From positions 1 to 53,286 of the forward strand of contig JAIELQ010000015.1 in assembly GCA_019752815.1 (NCBI GenBank): a stretch of 53,286 nucleotides of DNA, written 5' to 3'. A program made the translations under genes and the position numbers. Shown here in pieces: positions 1 through 10,779 of the stretch. This DNA is from Patescibacteria group bacterium (lineage in GTDB: Bacteria; Patescibacteriota; Minisyncoccia; Phycocordibacterales; UBA918). The notes under the pieces were generated by a model. The model made no database searches, was not told the origin of the DNA, and worked only from the letters and a program-made list of their open reading frames with translations. Within the stretch, counting starts at the first letter, position 1. Each line of letters starts with the position of its first letter.

Positions 1-103
1 GGAGTTCCTTAATCATAGCCTGCGCCGTTGCCGGGTTTTGCCAAAAGTCAGCTGCCAACATGGCAGTTTCAATTTCGGTAATGCGGGAATTAGTTTCTGA
101 CAT
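1..103 (-). CDS. prfB: Peptide chain release factor 2 (PCRF domain), 5' part only; runs off window
   Basis: Manual translation MSETNSRITEIETAMLAADFWQNPATAQAMIKEL matches the RF2 N-terminal M..PDFW.D...AQ..MKEL pattern; TATACT box 9 nt upstream of ATG. Confidence 0.75.
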   Translation of the reverse strand, partial: MSETNSRITEIETAMLAADFWQNPATAQAMIKEL

Positions 104-120
104 TTCACGCGTAGTATACC

Positions 121-157
121 AAAAAAAGCGGGTGGGCAGAATTTTTGCCACCCGCTT
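121..157 (-). terminator. Intrinsic terminator after GNAT-like ORF
   Basis: AAGCGGGTGG/CCACCCGCTT stem followed by T-run on minus strand. Confidence 0.7.
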
Positions 158-168
158 CACTTTTTGAC

Positions 169-699
169 TTAACGACGGACATATTGCACCGCCGGATGTA
201 CCTTATATCCAATGTCCGTAAACTGACTATCATCATTACGACCTGAGGTATCTGTTGCAGTAAAGGAAAGTTTCCGATACTCTTCCCATTTTTCATTACA
301 GGCCTCCTCCAGCATTTCAACCACTAACGATCCAAGTCCGAGCTCGCGGCGAGACGATTCAATAACCAGATTACGGACACTCACGACAGCTTGACCAGCT
401 GGAAACGTTAATGAAGCCTGAACTGAGGCTGCTAGTTGATCTCGCTCAAAACAACACAGCAACAACTCATGTGGCCTTCTGGCTAACTTGATGAGTTCAG
501 ATAACGTAATGCCGCCAAATTCTGGACATACATTTTTCATCAAACTCGTGTACTGAATAATAAAAGCTTGAATTGGTAACTCACCTATGTCAAACAGGGT
601 TGTTTGTATCCAATTACAAACATCAACGCAACGATACTCACGCTTTTTATTAGTTACCAAACGGTACGAAGAACTCATGGTGCGATTCTCCCTAGGCAA
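169..699 (-). CDS. Putative GNAT-fold acetyltransferase-like protein (start uncertain)
   Basis: VRNLVIESSRRELGLGSLVVEMLEEAC resembles the GNAT acetyl-CoA motif A; F..IGY near the C-terminus. Confidence 0.45.
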   Translation of the reverse strand: MPRENRTMSSSYRLVTNKKREYRCVDVCNWIQTTLFDIGELPIQAFIIQYTSLMKNVCPEFGGITLSELIKLARRPHELLLCCFERDQLAASVQASLTFPAGQAVVSVRNLVIESSRRELGLGSLVVEMLEEACNEKWEEYRKLSFTATDTSGRNDDSQFTDIGYKVHPAVQYVRR

Positions 700-761
700 T
701 CTGCACTAATAATAACTCTTAATTTACATATAAAGTTACAGAAATATTTTAATTAAACGTA

Positions 762-958
762 TTTGAGCCATCAAACAGAATCGGTCACGAATCACTAAGT
801 AGGTTATTTGCCTTCGGCTCATAACCTACTAAGTGTTCTTGACCACGTCTCAACTGTCGCAAAGCGACATGTTTCTGACTTTCGATTCTGTACGAAAGCT
901 GCGCAGGCAGCTTTCTTTGATGGCAAACAAAAAACCCTAAAAAGGGTTTTTTGTTTTG
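762..958 (-). repeat. tRNA-Thr 3' trailer element: hairpin, split inverted 3'-end copy (881-924), hairpins, direct 3'-end copy (762-783)
   Basis: 22-bp exact direct repeat 762-783 = 955-976; inverted copy TTCGATTCTGT[25 nt hairpin]TTGATGGC. Confidence 0.9.
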
Positions 959-1233
959 AGCCATCAAACAGAATCGAACTGTTGACCTTCGCCTTCGCTT
1001 ACACCTCAGTTTATAAAAAGTAATATCTGAGGACTAGACTGTATATCACACATACTGCATTTACAGTGAAGTGCCCCTTGTCAGTCGTTCGGGCCCCACG
1101 TAGGTGGTGCCACGGTCTTAACCATACTTTGGTCTTTAACCGTTATTCGGGATTCGATGGAAAATTTCTTATCCAAAGGGCAAAGTCATTGCGACTTACC
1201 ATGGCGATGCTCTACCAACTGAGCTATGATGGC
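959..1233 (-). tRNA. trnT: tRNA-Thr(GGU), exons 1198-1233 and 959-995, split by a group I intron
   Basis: Joined exons fold as a full cloverleaf: GCCATCA/TGATGGC acceptor, TCGCC-ATGGTAA-GGCGA anticodon arm, AACAG-TTCGATT-CTGTT T arm. Confidence 0.93.
996..1197 (-). ncRNA. Group I intron (202 nt, no ORF) at tRNA position 36/37
   Basis: Exon ends in U, intron ends in G; P1 GGU|AAGUC-loop-GACUU-U-GCC with U.G at the splice site; P7 GACUG/CAGUC; P9 CCUCAG/CUGAGG. Confidence 0.88.
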
Positions 1234-1345
1234 TTAAATCAAAGGGTGCCTATAGTTTGCCGCGGACACCCTTTGACTTCTAACTCCTGCAGCACACAGG
1301 TTTCGAAGCACGAACATAGTAGCAAACTAAATCTATATCGCAAAA

Positions 1346-1615
1346 TTACTTATTATTCTGCCTTAAAAATTCCTTTAATTCATCTATTTGTCTGAGTATA
1401 TCTACCTTTGCTACTTGCCAATTCCCTTTTGCTATTTCACCCTCATCACCTTGTATAATTTTCTGCACATCTGCAACCACAGTCTCGAGTTGCCCCAATT
1501 TAATCGCAGCAATCCTCACGGCGTTATCTAGTAACCCTTGATCAACTAATGATTGTAATTCTGCAACAGAAACATCCTCAGATAAATCAAACGGTGTAGG
1601 TGGTTTTTCAGACAT
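1346..1615 (-). CDS. Hypothetical protein (89 aa)
   Basis: Clean ORF starting 1 nt after the stop of the upstream DUF2238-like gene. Confidence 0.65.
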   Translation of the reverse strand: MSEKPPTPFDLSEDVSVAELQSLVDQGLLDNAVRIAAIKLGQLETVVADVQKIIQGDEGEIAKGNWQVAKVDILRQIDELKEFLRQNNK

Positions 1616-1616
1616 A

Positions 1617-2222
1617 TTATTTATGTAACCTTCGTACTACAAACAAAATGCCGAGCGCAAGGACCGCTCCGCTGAAGTTAAAAATTAAATCGAGCATGGC
1701 GTTTTCATAGCCACCAACGCCGTTTTCTTCTAGCGTGACCGCAATTAAAAATTCCATAATTTCATTGAGACCACTGATTCCTAATGAAATCATTGCGGCA
1801 GCAAGACCAACCAAGAATACATGTCCGGTGACTTTCAGTGGAACCCGCAGCGTATGATGTGCCATCAGGGCTACCAATCCATAGAGATACGCATGCACTA
1901 CCTGATCGTACTTTAGAATGTAAAAATCTCCGCCATAATCCAAGAAGGGATAGATGCGGTGGGCAAATAATACATGATCTCCAATTTGCACCGCCCCACC
2001 CGCCACGTGCATTAATCCCCAAATAGAGAGAAGCCACAGCATCCAAATTGGAAATTGTGTTGCTCTCAGTGTAGCGAACACACCAGCAAAAATCGCGACA
2101 ATCACTGCCACATAGATAACAAATTCATTATTGAGGTCACGCAAAAAATAGATACCGCCGGCAATTAAATAGACAGCTGAAAATCCGATAATGTACCAGT
2201 GTTGTTTAGATAATGCCGACAT
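1617..2222 (-). CDS. DUF2238/YjdF-like inner membrane protein
   Basis: Multiple TM helices with H..GG, YDQVVH and NEIMEF motifs. Confidence 0.75.
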   Translation of the reverse strand: MSALSKQHWYIIGFSAVYLIAGGIYFLRDLNNEFVIYVAVIVAIFAGVFATLRATQFPIWMLWLLSIWGLMHVAGGAVQIGDHVLFAHRIYPFLDYGGDFYILKYDQVVHAYLYGLVALMAHHTLRVPLKVTGHVFLVGLAAAMISLGISGLNEIMEFLIAVTLEENGVGGYENAMLDLIFNFSGAVLALGILFVVRRLHK

Positions 2223-2263
2223 ATGATTAAAGTGATTGTAATGACATTATTTTATCACGCGAT

Positions 2264-3784
2264 TTAGTAATCGCGGGCCCCCTCACCTCCCAGGCCGTAT
2301 CTCATAAGGGCTTCTTCGCGCGCCTGCTTATGTTCAATAATGGGAACACTTGGCGCATTCAGACTAAACGCGCCATCACTTCGTAACCACCTCTCTTGAT
2401 AGGCTCCTGAAGCATCATAATTTTTTGCTTGTAATTCAGCGTTAAAAATGCGAATTGGTTTAGGGTCGGCACCAACTGACGCTCCCCACTGCCAGCCACC
2501 ATTATTTGATGCTTCATCCAGGTCAATTAACACTGCTCTAAAATATTCCTGTCCCCAACGCCAATCCACACCAAAGTTCTTGGTTAAGATGCTCGCCACA
2601 ATCATGCGCGAGCGATTATGCATCCAACCGGTTTCTGCTAGTTGTTTCATAGCCGCGTCCACAATTGAATATCCAGTTTCTCCTTTCATCCAGGCAAGAA
2701 AACGAGCCTGTGCAGTTTCAGTATCGACCCACTGTATTGTCCCCTGAAACTTCTTTTGAAATTCAGTGTCCATCAAATCAGGACGATGGAATAGTTGGTA
2801 CCGGTAGAACTCGCGCCAGATGAGTTCCGAAATATAGGTTAGTGCCCCCTCACTCACCCGGGTTGAGAACGGGTTATCAAATGATTCGTCAAAGTGTTTT
2901 TGCATCATCTGCATCAACGTGCGGGCAGAGACCAACCCCCAGGCGAGCGCCAGACTCATTTTTGAAGTCTTCCCAGTATAGGCAGTGCGAGTCTCGTCAT
3001 GATTGGCCGCATCTAGTTCTAATGAATCACGGTTTTTCTTATAGGCATCGAGGTCGCCAGATTTTAAGTAGTCTGCAAAACGTTTCAGGGCTTCGGCTTC
3101 GGTAGTGTACCAACCAGCCATGTTTTGTAGAGGTATGAGCTCAGCCAAATCAAGCGTGGTTCCGGCGATAGTAAGTAAACGTTTTTTACTAAAAGTTTCA
3201 AAAATAGCTCCTGTGGTATTAGACAAAAGGTTTGGAAGAGCGGGTATTTCTTTGCTGGAAAGATATGATAATTCCTGAATCGGTTGAAAGGTAGGTTGGG
3301 GTTTATACGTAATAAATCGTGCCCAGACATTTTTCTTAAACGGGGTGAATACACTATATAAATTACCTTCTCCAGAACGAGTGTCTTTAGGAACTGACAA
3401 GGCGTCTTCAAGGACAGTGACGTTTACTCCAGCGTTTTGCAACTTAGTAATTTGTTTGTAGAAATCGATATACACATCATCATTTACAAATACCGTGAGT
3501 TGGTATTTTTTACCTAGTTCAATAAGGTATTGGGCGCCTTTCCCTGTCACAATCGCAAATTGTTCAAACTGTGAAGCAAATTGTGGCAACGCTTCAGAGA
3601 GGAACCAGCGTGACGGGCAACCAAATTGGAAAGCTGGGTCACCAGCCGTCATATAGTCTTCTAGAATAAAGAGTGGGAGGAAGGCAGTTTTATGTTCTAC
3701 TGCATATGATGATGCAGCGAGCAAGGCAGGGTTGTCGGCGAGGCGGAGGTCCCGGCGGGACCAGTAGATGGTGAGTGGGGGCAT
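2264..3784 (-). CDS. phrB: Deoxyribodipyrimidine (CPD) photolyase
   Basis: W.RRDLRL.DNPAL N-terminus; ELIWREFY, TGY.IVDAAM, GWMHNR.RM, D.D.ASNNGGWQW FAD-domain motifs. Confidence 0.95.
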   Translation of the reverse strand: MPPLTIYWSRRDLRLADNPALLAASSYAVEHKTAFLPLFILEDYMTAGDPAFQFGCPSRWFLSEALPQFASQFEQFAIVTGKGAQYLIELGKKYQLTVFVNDDVYIDFYKQITKLQNAGVNVTVLEDALSVPKDTRSGEGNLYSVFTPFKKNVWARFITYKPQPTFQPIQELSYLSSKEIPALPNLLSNTTGAIFETFSKKRLLTIAGTTLDLAELIPLQNMAGWYTTEAEALKRFADYLKSGDLDAYKKNRDSLELDAANHDETRTAYTGKTSKMSLALAWGLVSARTLMQMMQKHFDESFDNPFSTRVSEGALTYISELIWREFYRYQLFHRPDLMDTEFQKKFQGTIQWVDTETAQARFLAWMKGETGYSIVDAAMKQLAETGWMHNRSRMIVASILTKNFGVDWRWGQEYFRAVLIDLDEASNNGGWQWGASVGADPKPIRIFNAELQAKNYDASGAYQERWLRSDGAFSLNAPSVPIIEHKQAREEALMRYGLGGEGARDY

Positions 3785-3816
3785 GGGTGTAAGTGTAGCA
3801 GAAGATAGGAAATGTT

Positions 3817-4216
3817 GGGAGTGAGGGGATTCGGTGATGGATAATTTTAAGGCTCTTTATGGTCACGAATCACTAAGTAAACTAACGCGATGGGATTCGG
3901 TCACAAATAATTTCTTACAGAAATTTTCGCGACCCCGGCGCACTTGTGGCAAAGCCACAGCGTTTACGCCTTTCGAATCCCACCAGAAAGCGCACAGGCG
4001 CTTTCTTTCGCTCGCGCAAATGAAAAAGCCCCGAAGGGCTCTTTCATTTGCGCGAGCGATGGGATTCGAACTCTACGAGTTCAGTACCCCAATTGGCTGG
4101 ATTGGTGCGCTGCGCTTCCAATCCAGCTCAATTGGGCTTCGAATCCCAGCAAAATGTGTCCCACACATTTTGCCGTCGCTCGCACAAAAAAAACGGCTGA
4201 TGCCGTTCTTTTTTTG
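3817..4216 (-). repeat. Two tandem tRNA-Asp 3' trailer units plus decayed remnants
   Basis: Direct copies at 4049-4071, 3886-3898 and decayed 3817-3833; split inverted copies at 4138-4183 and 3972-4018. Confidence 0.9.
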
Positions 4217-4290
4217 CGCGAGCGATGGGATTCGAACCCACGGCCTCTTCCGTGACAGGGAAGCGCTCTAACCAGCTGAGCTACGCCCGC
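4217..4290 (-). tRNA. trnD: tRNA-Asp(GUC)
   Basis: Cloverleaf; anticodon arm CTTCC-CTGTCAC-GGAAG; discriminator G. Confidence 0.97.
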
Positions 4291-4366
4291 AATTCTTCAC
4301 TATTACCCAGGTAATAGGTGGCAAGAGTATATACACTTTTAGTTAAAAGGGCAATATCCTGCGTTG

Positions 4367-4440
4367 TGTCGAGGGCGGGCTTCGATCCCGCGACCTCCGC
4401 GTTATGAGTGCGGTGCTACTACCGGCTGAGCTACCTCGAC
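4367..4440 (-). tRNA. trnM: tRNA with CAU anticodon, most likely elongator Met
   Basis: GTCGAGG/CCTCGAC acceptor fully paired; loop CTCATAA; T-loop ATCGAAG. Ile2 cannot be excluded from sequence alone. Confidence 0.85.
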
Positions 4441-4487
4441 AAGGGTAAGTCGCGACAGAATAACACTATTAACTCACTCCATCAACC

Positions 4488-5168
4488 CTAGTTTTGAGTA
4501 GCCAATACAGCTTCAGCTTTTTGAATATCTTCTGGATAGCCAATTGGTAACCACAAATTCTGTTCTACCACCGCCATTGGATATTTTTCTACTGACGCCT
4601 GAATCATATTGGTATGATAGAGCTCACCATTGGTTTCTATCGTTGGGGCATATTCAAAAATATGTTTATCCAGCACAAATACTCCGGTTGAAGCCAGGTT
4701 CGATGGAGCATGTGTAGGCTTTTCAACAAACTCCCCTACCGTACCATCAGGGTTGCGCACCACAATTCCAAATCGCTCTGGAGTATTGGTTTGATACGCC
4801 AACATTGAACGAGTATATGAAATTGCTCTGGCTAAATCTTCTTTCCCGTGAATATCATCTGCAAACATATAGAGGAACCGGCCCTTGATTAAATCTTTAC
4901 ATAACCATAGCGCATGCCCTGTACCTTTTTGTTCCTCTTGATGAACATACGTGACTTTTCGTCCCATATATTCCTCACCACAGTGAGCTCGTATTTGTTC
5001 TTCGAGATAACCAGTCACAATAATCAATTCATCTACAGAGCTTGGGAGTCGTTCGACTATATGATCAAGTAACGGTTTCCCTGCCACCATCACCAATGGC
5101 TTCGGGCAACTTTCTGTTAATGGTCGTAACCTTGTTCCCTTCCCAGCAGCTAAAATGACACATTGCAT
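4488..5168 (-). CDS. Sugar-phosphate nucleotidyltransferase (NTP_transferase family)
   Basis: MQCVILAAGKGTRLRPLT..PKPL signature, EQKGTGHAL, FGIV, VEKP; start moved to the Met before VILAAG. Confidence 0.92.
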   Translation of the reverse strand: MQCVILAAGKGTRLRPLTESCPKPLVMVAGKPLLDHIVERLPSSVDELIIVTGYLEEQIRAHCGEEYMGRKVTYVHQEEQKGTGHALWLCKDLIKGRFLYMFADDIHGKEDLARAISYTRSMLAYQTNTPERFGIVVRNPDGTVGEFVEKPTHAPSNLASTGVFVLDKHIFEYAPTIETNGELYHTNMIQASVEKYPMAVVEQNLWLPIGYPEDIQKAEAVLATQN

Positions 5169-5245
5169 AGGTTTGTAGTATACCACTACCAATTCTAAAT
5201 AGACAAAATCCAAATTCAGTGTATACTTTTGAAGTTGCATTTTAT

Positions 5246-5550
5246 AGCGGGTTAGAGGAGAGGTACCTCGGGAGGCTCAATTAGGGCTCATCCACAGAAA
5301 TGTGAAATGGAATCCTTGCCAAATTCGGTGAAACCTTCGTTTGCTTGCAAATTGAGAACATGGCAATACCGAGCCAAGCCTTTAATAATTAATTACTAAA
5401 GGAAGGTGTAGAGACTAGATGGTAAGTATCTGACTTTGCGCAGGCAAAAAGATAAAGGTATAGTCCAGACCCCAAATCTATTTATAGAGTAGCGAAAGCT
5501 ATAGTGGTATGCATAACCTCCAGACTCCGGTTCGATTCCGGAACCCGCAA
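5246..5550 (+). tRNA. trnfM: Initiator-type tRNA-fMet(CAU), exons 5246-5277 and 5512-5550, split by a group I intron
   Basis: Joined exons give an A1xA72 mismatch, GCGGGT/ACCCGC acceptor, GGAGG-CTCATAA-CCTCC anticodon arm and A73. Confidence 0.88.
5278..5511 (+). ncRNA. Group I intron (234 nt, no ORF) at tRNA position 33/34
   Basis: P/Q/R/S-like elements AAATTCGGTGAAACC, AATACCGAGCCAAGC, GTAGAGACTAGA, AAGGTATAGTCC; U before and G at the splice sites. Confidence 0.92.
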
Positions 5551-5750
5551 CAATATGAAAAAGCTCCGGCAATTGCCGGAGCTTTTTCATATTGTTGCGG
5601 GTTAGAACGTGCACTGCTGCACGTTCGTCCGGAATCGAACGACCGCAGTGATGTCGTTAGACGAACGAGGTGGGGTCGACAGCACTTACTATAATTGGAA
5701 CGAAGTGAACAATTTTAGTTAGTGACTGGTGACTCGGTTCCGAAACCCAC
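5551..5750 (+). repeat. tRNA-fMet 3' trailer element
   Basis: Perfect 62-bp palindrome 5542-5603; split inverted copy 5595-5640; shared motif 5716-5733; decayed direct copy 5736-5750. Confidence 0.88.
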
Positions 5751-5761
5751 CGACCAACCTT

Positions 5762-6400
5762 CTAATGATGCCCTCCTCCCCCTTCCCCAACCCCCAATTC
5801 CTTAAATACACGCTCATACTGCATAATCGTCTCGCGAGCAATTCTCTGCGTTAAAACAAAATCCGCGCCAGCATGGGCGATTTGATTACGGACCTTGTGC
5901 GCTTGCCAGGCATCATCTATCGAACGAAGGGTGTCGGGGGAAATACTTTTAAGACGATCACCCAAGGTTGGGCCGGCATACCCCTGGCGTTTTAAGGTGT
6001 CATCTAAAATAATATCGGCTTCAATAATTGCTAACTTCCAGTCATTAGGATTTTCGGAGTCTAGGTGTGCTTGTAATTCGGCAAATTTATCAGACTTAAT
6101 ACCACCCGACATTTTCATGGCATATGCTTCTTCTTGGGCATGCACTAAATCATGTTCAATATCTTGGTACTTTTCAGCTTGGATAGACGCGTAAATATAT
6201 AAAGCTAAAAATATAAATGAACAAATGTAGGCAATAATGACATACACTGACCACGTACTATTCAAAAAACCAAGTAATCCGTCTTGGCTAAATCCAGCAA
6301 ATAAACCGTCACTACCAAAAATAGCTCGTAGCAACGGAGTTAGAAAATCGAAACCAACGACTTCTAGTCTTGTAGTTGTAGCAGTAATGGTGTCTTCCAT
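5762..6400 (-). CDS. Conserved hypothetical membrane-anchored protein
   Basis: One TM segment then WKLAIIEADIILDD.L...G.TLGDRLK...AH.VRN.IAH; 6 nt downstream of gatA. Confidence 0.8.
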   Translation of the reverse strand: MEDTITATTTRLEVVGFDFLTPLLRAIFGSDGLFAGFSQDGLLGFLNSTWSVYVIIAYICSFIFLALYIYASIQAEKYQDIEHDLVHAQEEAYAMKMSGGIKSDKFAELQAHLDSENPNDWKLAIIEADIILDDTLKRQGYAGPTLGDRLKSISPDTLRSIDDAWQAHKVRNQIAHAGADFVLTQRIARETIMQYERVFKELGVGEGGGGHH

Positions 6401-6406
6401 AAATTG

Positions 6407-7822
6407 TTATAGGGTTGAGTCGTAGGTTTTTTTACCAATATCAAAGAGACGTGAGTCTCCACCATGTGGTCCTATATATTGTACCCCAACCGGAAGTGGT
6501 ACACCGTCGCGCTCCACAGTCCCCATCGGTACTGAGAGCGCCGGAACGCCCGTAAGGTTTACAGGGACGGTAAAGATATCTTGAGAATACATCGAAAGCG
6601 GATCGCTTTGTGCCCCCACCACAAACGCCGGCGTTGGTGCCGTTGGAGTTACGATACAATCTACAGTTTTAAATACCTCAGCCAACTCTTCTCGCATTTT
6701 AGTGCGCACTAATTCTGCTTTACCATAGTAGGCATCATAATACCCAGAAGACAGTACGTAGGTACCCAGGAGAATGCGGCGCTTAACTTCAGCTCCAAAG
6801 CCCGCGGCCCGACTATTTTCATACACCGCGAGTAGATTATCCCCCGGAGCACTCAATCCATACCGGATACCGTCAAAGCGCGCCAAGTTTGATGATACTT
6901 CCGCCGGCATCACAATGTAGTAGGCTGCCAAACCTGCCTCAAACATTGGTAGTTCTATATCTACAACAGTATGTCCAACTGCAGTCAACTCCACGAGTTT
7001 TGCCTCAAATTGAGCCAGCACATCAGCGTCAACACCCGACGCAAAAAATGATCGTGGCACGCCAAATGTATATGTTTCTTTGACTGGTACGTTAGGATAC
7101 GTATCTTCTGCAATAGTCGTTGCATCAGCCGGATCAAGACCAGACATTATTTCATGCACCAGCTCAGCATCAGCTACGGTATTAGTCAGTGGACCAGCCT
7201 GATCAAGTGACGAACCCATTGCAATCAGCCCATACCGCGAAACCGCACCGTAGGTTGGCTTAAATCCAACAACTCCACAGTAACTAGCGGGCTGACGCAC
7301 TGAACCACCCGTATCAGTTCCAATCGCTACCGGAACAGCACCCATAGCCACCGCCGCCGCTGAACCACCCGAAGAACCTCCCGGAACGCGCGTTACATCG
7401 AGGGGGTTTTTTGTGGGACCAAACGCAGAGTTTTCCGTCGAGCCACCCATCGCAAATTCATCCATGTTGGTGGCTCCGATGATAATCGCCCCGGCTTCTT
7501 TGAGTCGAGTTACGATAGTTGCATCATACGTAGCTATGTAATTTTCTAGAATCTTTGATGACGCAGTCGCTTTTTTACCCTGCAGTAAAATATTATTTTT
7601 AAGTGCTACCGGGATACCCAAGAGTGCCGGCGCAAGAGCGCCTTGCTCAGCATACTGTGCGGTGGCTATTTTAGCTTGTTCGATTGCCTCGGCTTTATAC
7701 GTATCTAGAAAAGCATTGACGGCAGTATCTTTGTCTGCAATCACTGAAAAAACCTGCTCCATGTATGCGGTAGGAGTAAGCGTACCCGCGATAAATTGCG
7801 TCCGTAATTGGGTGATATTCAT
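6407..7822 (-). CDS. gatA: Asp/Glu-tRNA amidotransferase subunit A
   Basis: Amidase signature GGSSGGSAAAVA, GTDTGGSVRQPA, EVKRRILLGT. Confidence 0.98.
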   Translation of the reverse strand: MNITQLRTQFIAGTLTPTAYMEQVFSVIADKDTAVNAFLDTYKAEAIEQAKIATAQYAEQGALAPALLGIPVALKNNILLQGKKATASSKILENYIATYDATIVTRLKEAGAIIIGATNMDEFAMGGSTENSAFGPTKNPLDVTRVPGGSSGGSAAAVAMGAVPVAIGTDTGGSVRQPASYCGVVGFKPTYGAVSRYGLIAMGSSLDQAGPLTNTVADAELVHEIMSGLDPADATTIAEDTYPNVPVKETYTFGVPRSFFASGVDADVLAQFEAKLVELTAVGHTVVDIELPMFEAGLAAYYIVMPAEVSSNLARFDGIRYGLSAPGDNLLAVYENSRAAGFGAEVKRRILLGTYVLSSGYYDAYYGKAELVRTKMREELAEVFKTVDCIVTPTAPTPAFVVGAQSDPLSMYSQDIFTVPVNLTGVPALSVPMGTVERDGVPLPVGVQYIGPHGGDSRLFDIGKKTYDSTL

Positions 7823-7826
7823 ACGA

Positions 7827-8117
7827 TTACTCTTGTTTAAGAATCTTTTTTACCGCCAAGAATTGTCCACTTGTCTTTGGCATAGAAGCTAACATGGCGT
7901 CTGTATATTGACCCAGTGTATTGATAACCTCATCGGTACGCAACACATTGAAACGTACTCCGAGCGATTTCGTATCCCGAGTGGCCTCAGCTATGTTTTT
8001 TACCGCACTCACGTACTCCAAAATAGAGTCTATCTCAGCATTAAATACCTCCACTTCTTGTTCAGAGAGGGCAATTCGGGACAAATTACCCAATGTGCGG
8101 ATTTCTTCTTTTGTCAT
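7827..8117 (-). CDS. gatC: Asp/Glu-tRNA amidotransferase subunit C
   Basis: I..L..LSRI.L...E......I..IL.YV pattern, NVLR.D and F.AVKKIL; directly upstream of gatA. Confidence 0.92.
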   Translation of the reverse strand: MTKEEIRTLGNLSRIALSEQEVEVFNAEIDSILEYVSAVKNIAEATRDTKSLGVRFNVLRTDEVINTLGQYTDAMLASMPKTSGQFLAVKKILKQE

Positions 8118-8140
8118 AATGACCGCATCATACCATAAAA

Positions 8141-10759
<2,619 letters not shown>

Positions 10760-10779
<20 letters not shown>

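Noticed and set aside
1-120. Programmed +1 frameshift in prfB
   Set aside because: No CTT-TGA slippery site or upstream frame is visible; an ATG with its own -10 box starts the frame.
785-1395. ORFs 785-967, 808-1023 and 1066-1395
   Set aside because: They overlie the tRNA-Thr exons, intron and palindromic trailer; no intron-encoded endonuclease is present.
3817-4237. CRISPR array suggested by repeated GCGATGGGATTCG
   Set aside because: The repeats are tRNA 3'-end copies in both orientations with structured, irregular spacers, and no cas genes are present.
3834-4271. ORFs 3834-4271 and 3944-4255
   Set aside because: Translations of antisense tRNA-Asp repeats (e.g. RWDSNPRP), a typical artefact.
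5396-5694. ORFs 5396-5614 and 5509-5694
   Set aside because: They overlap the fMet intron, exon and palindrome.
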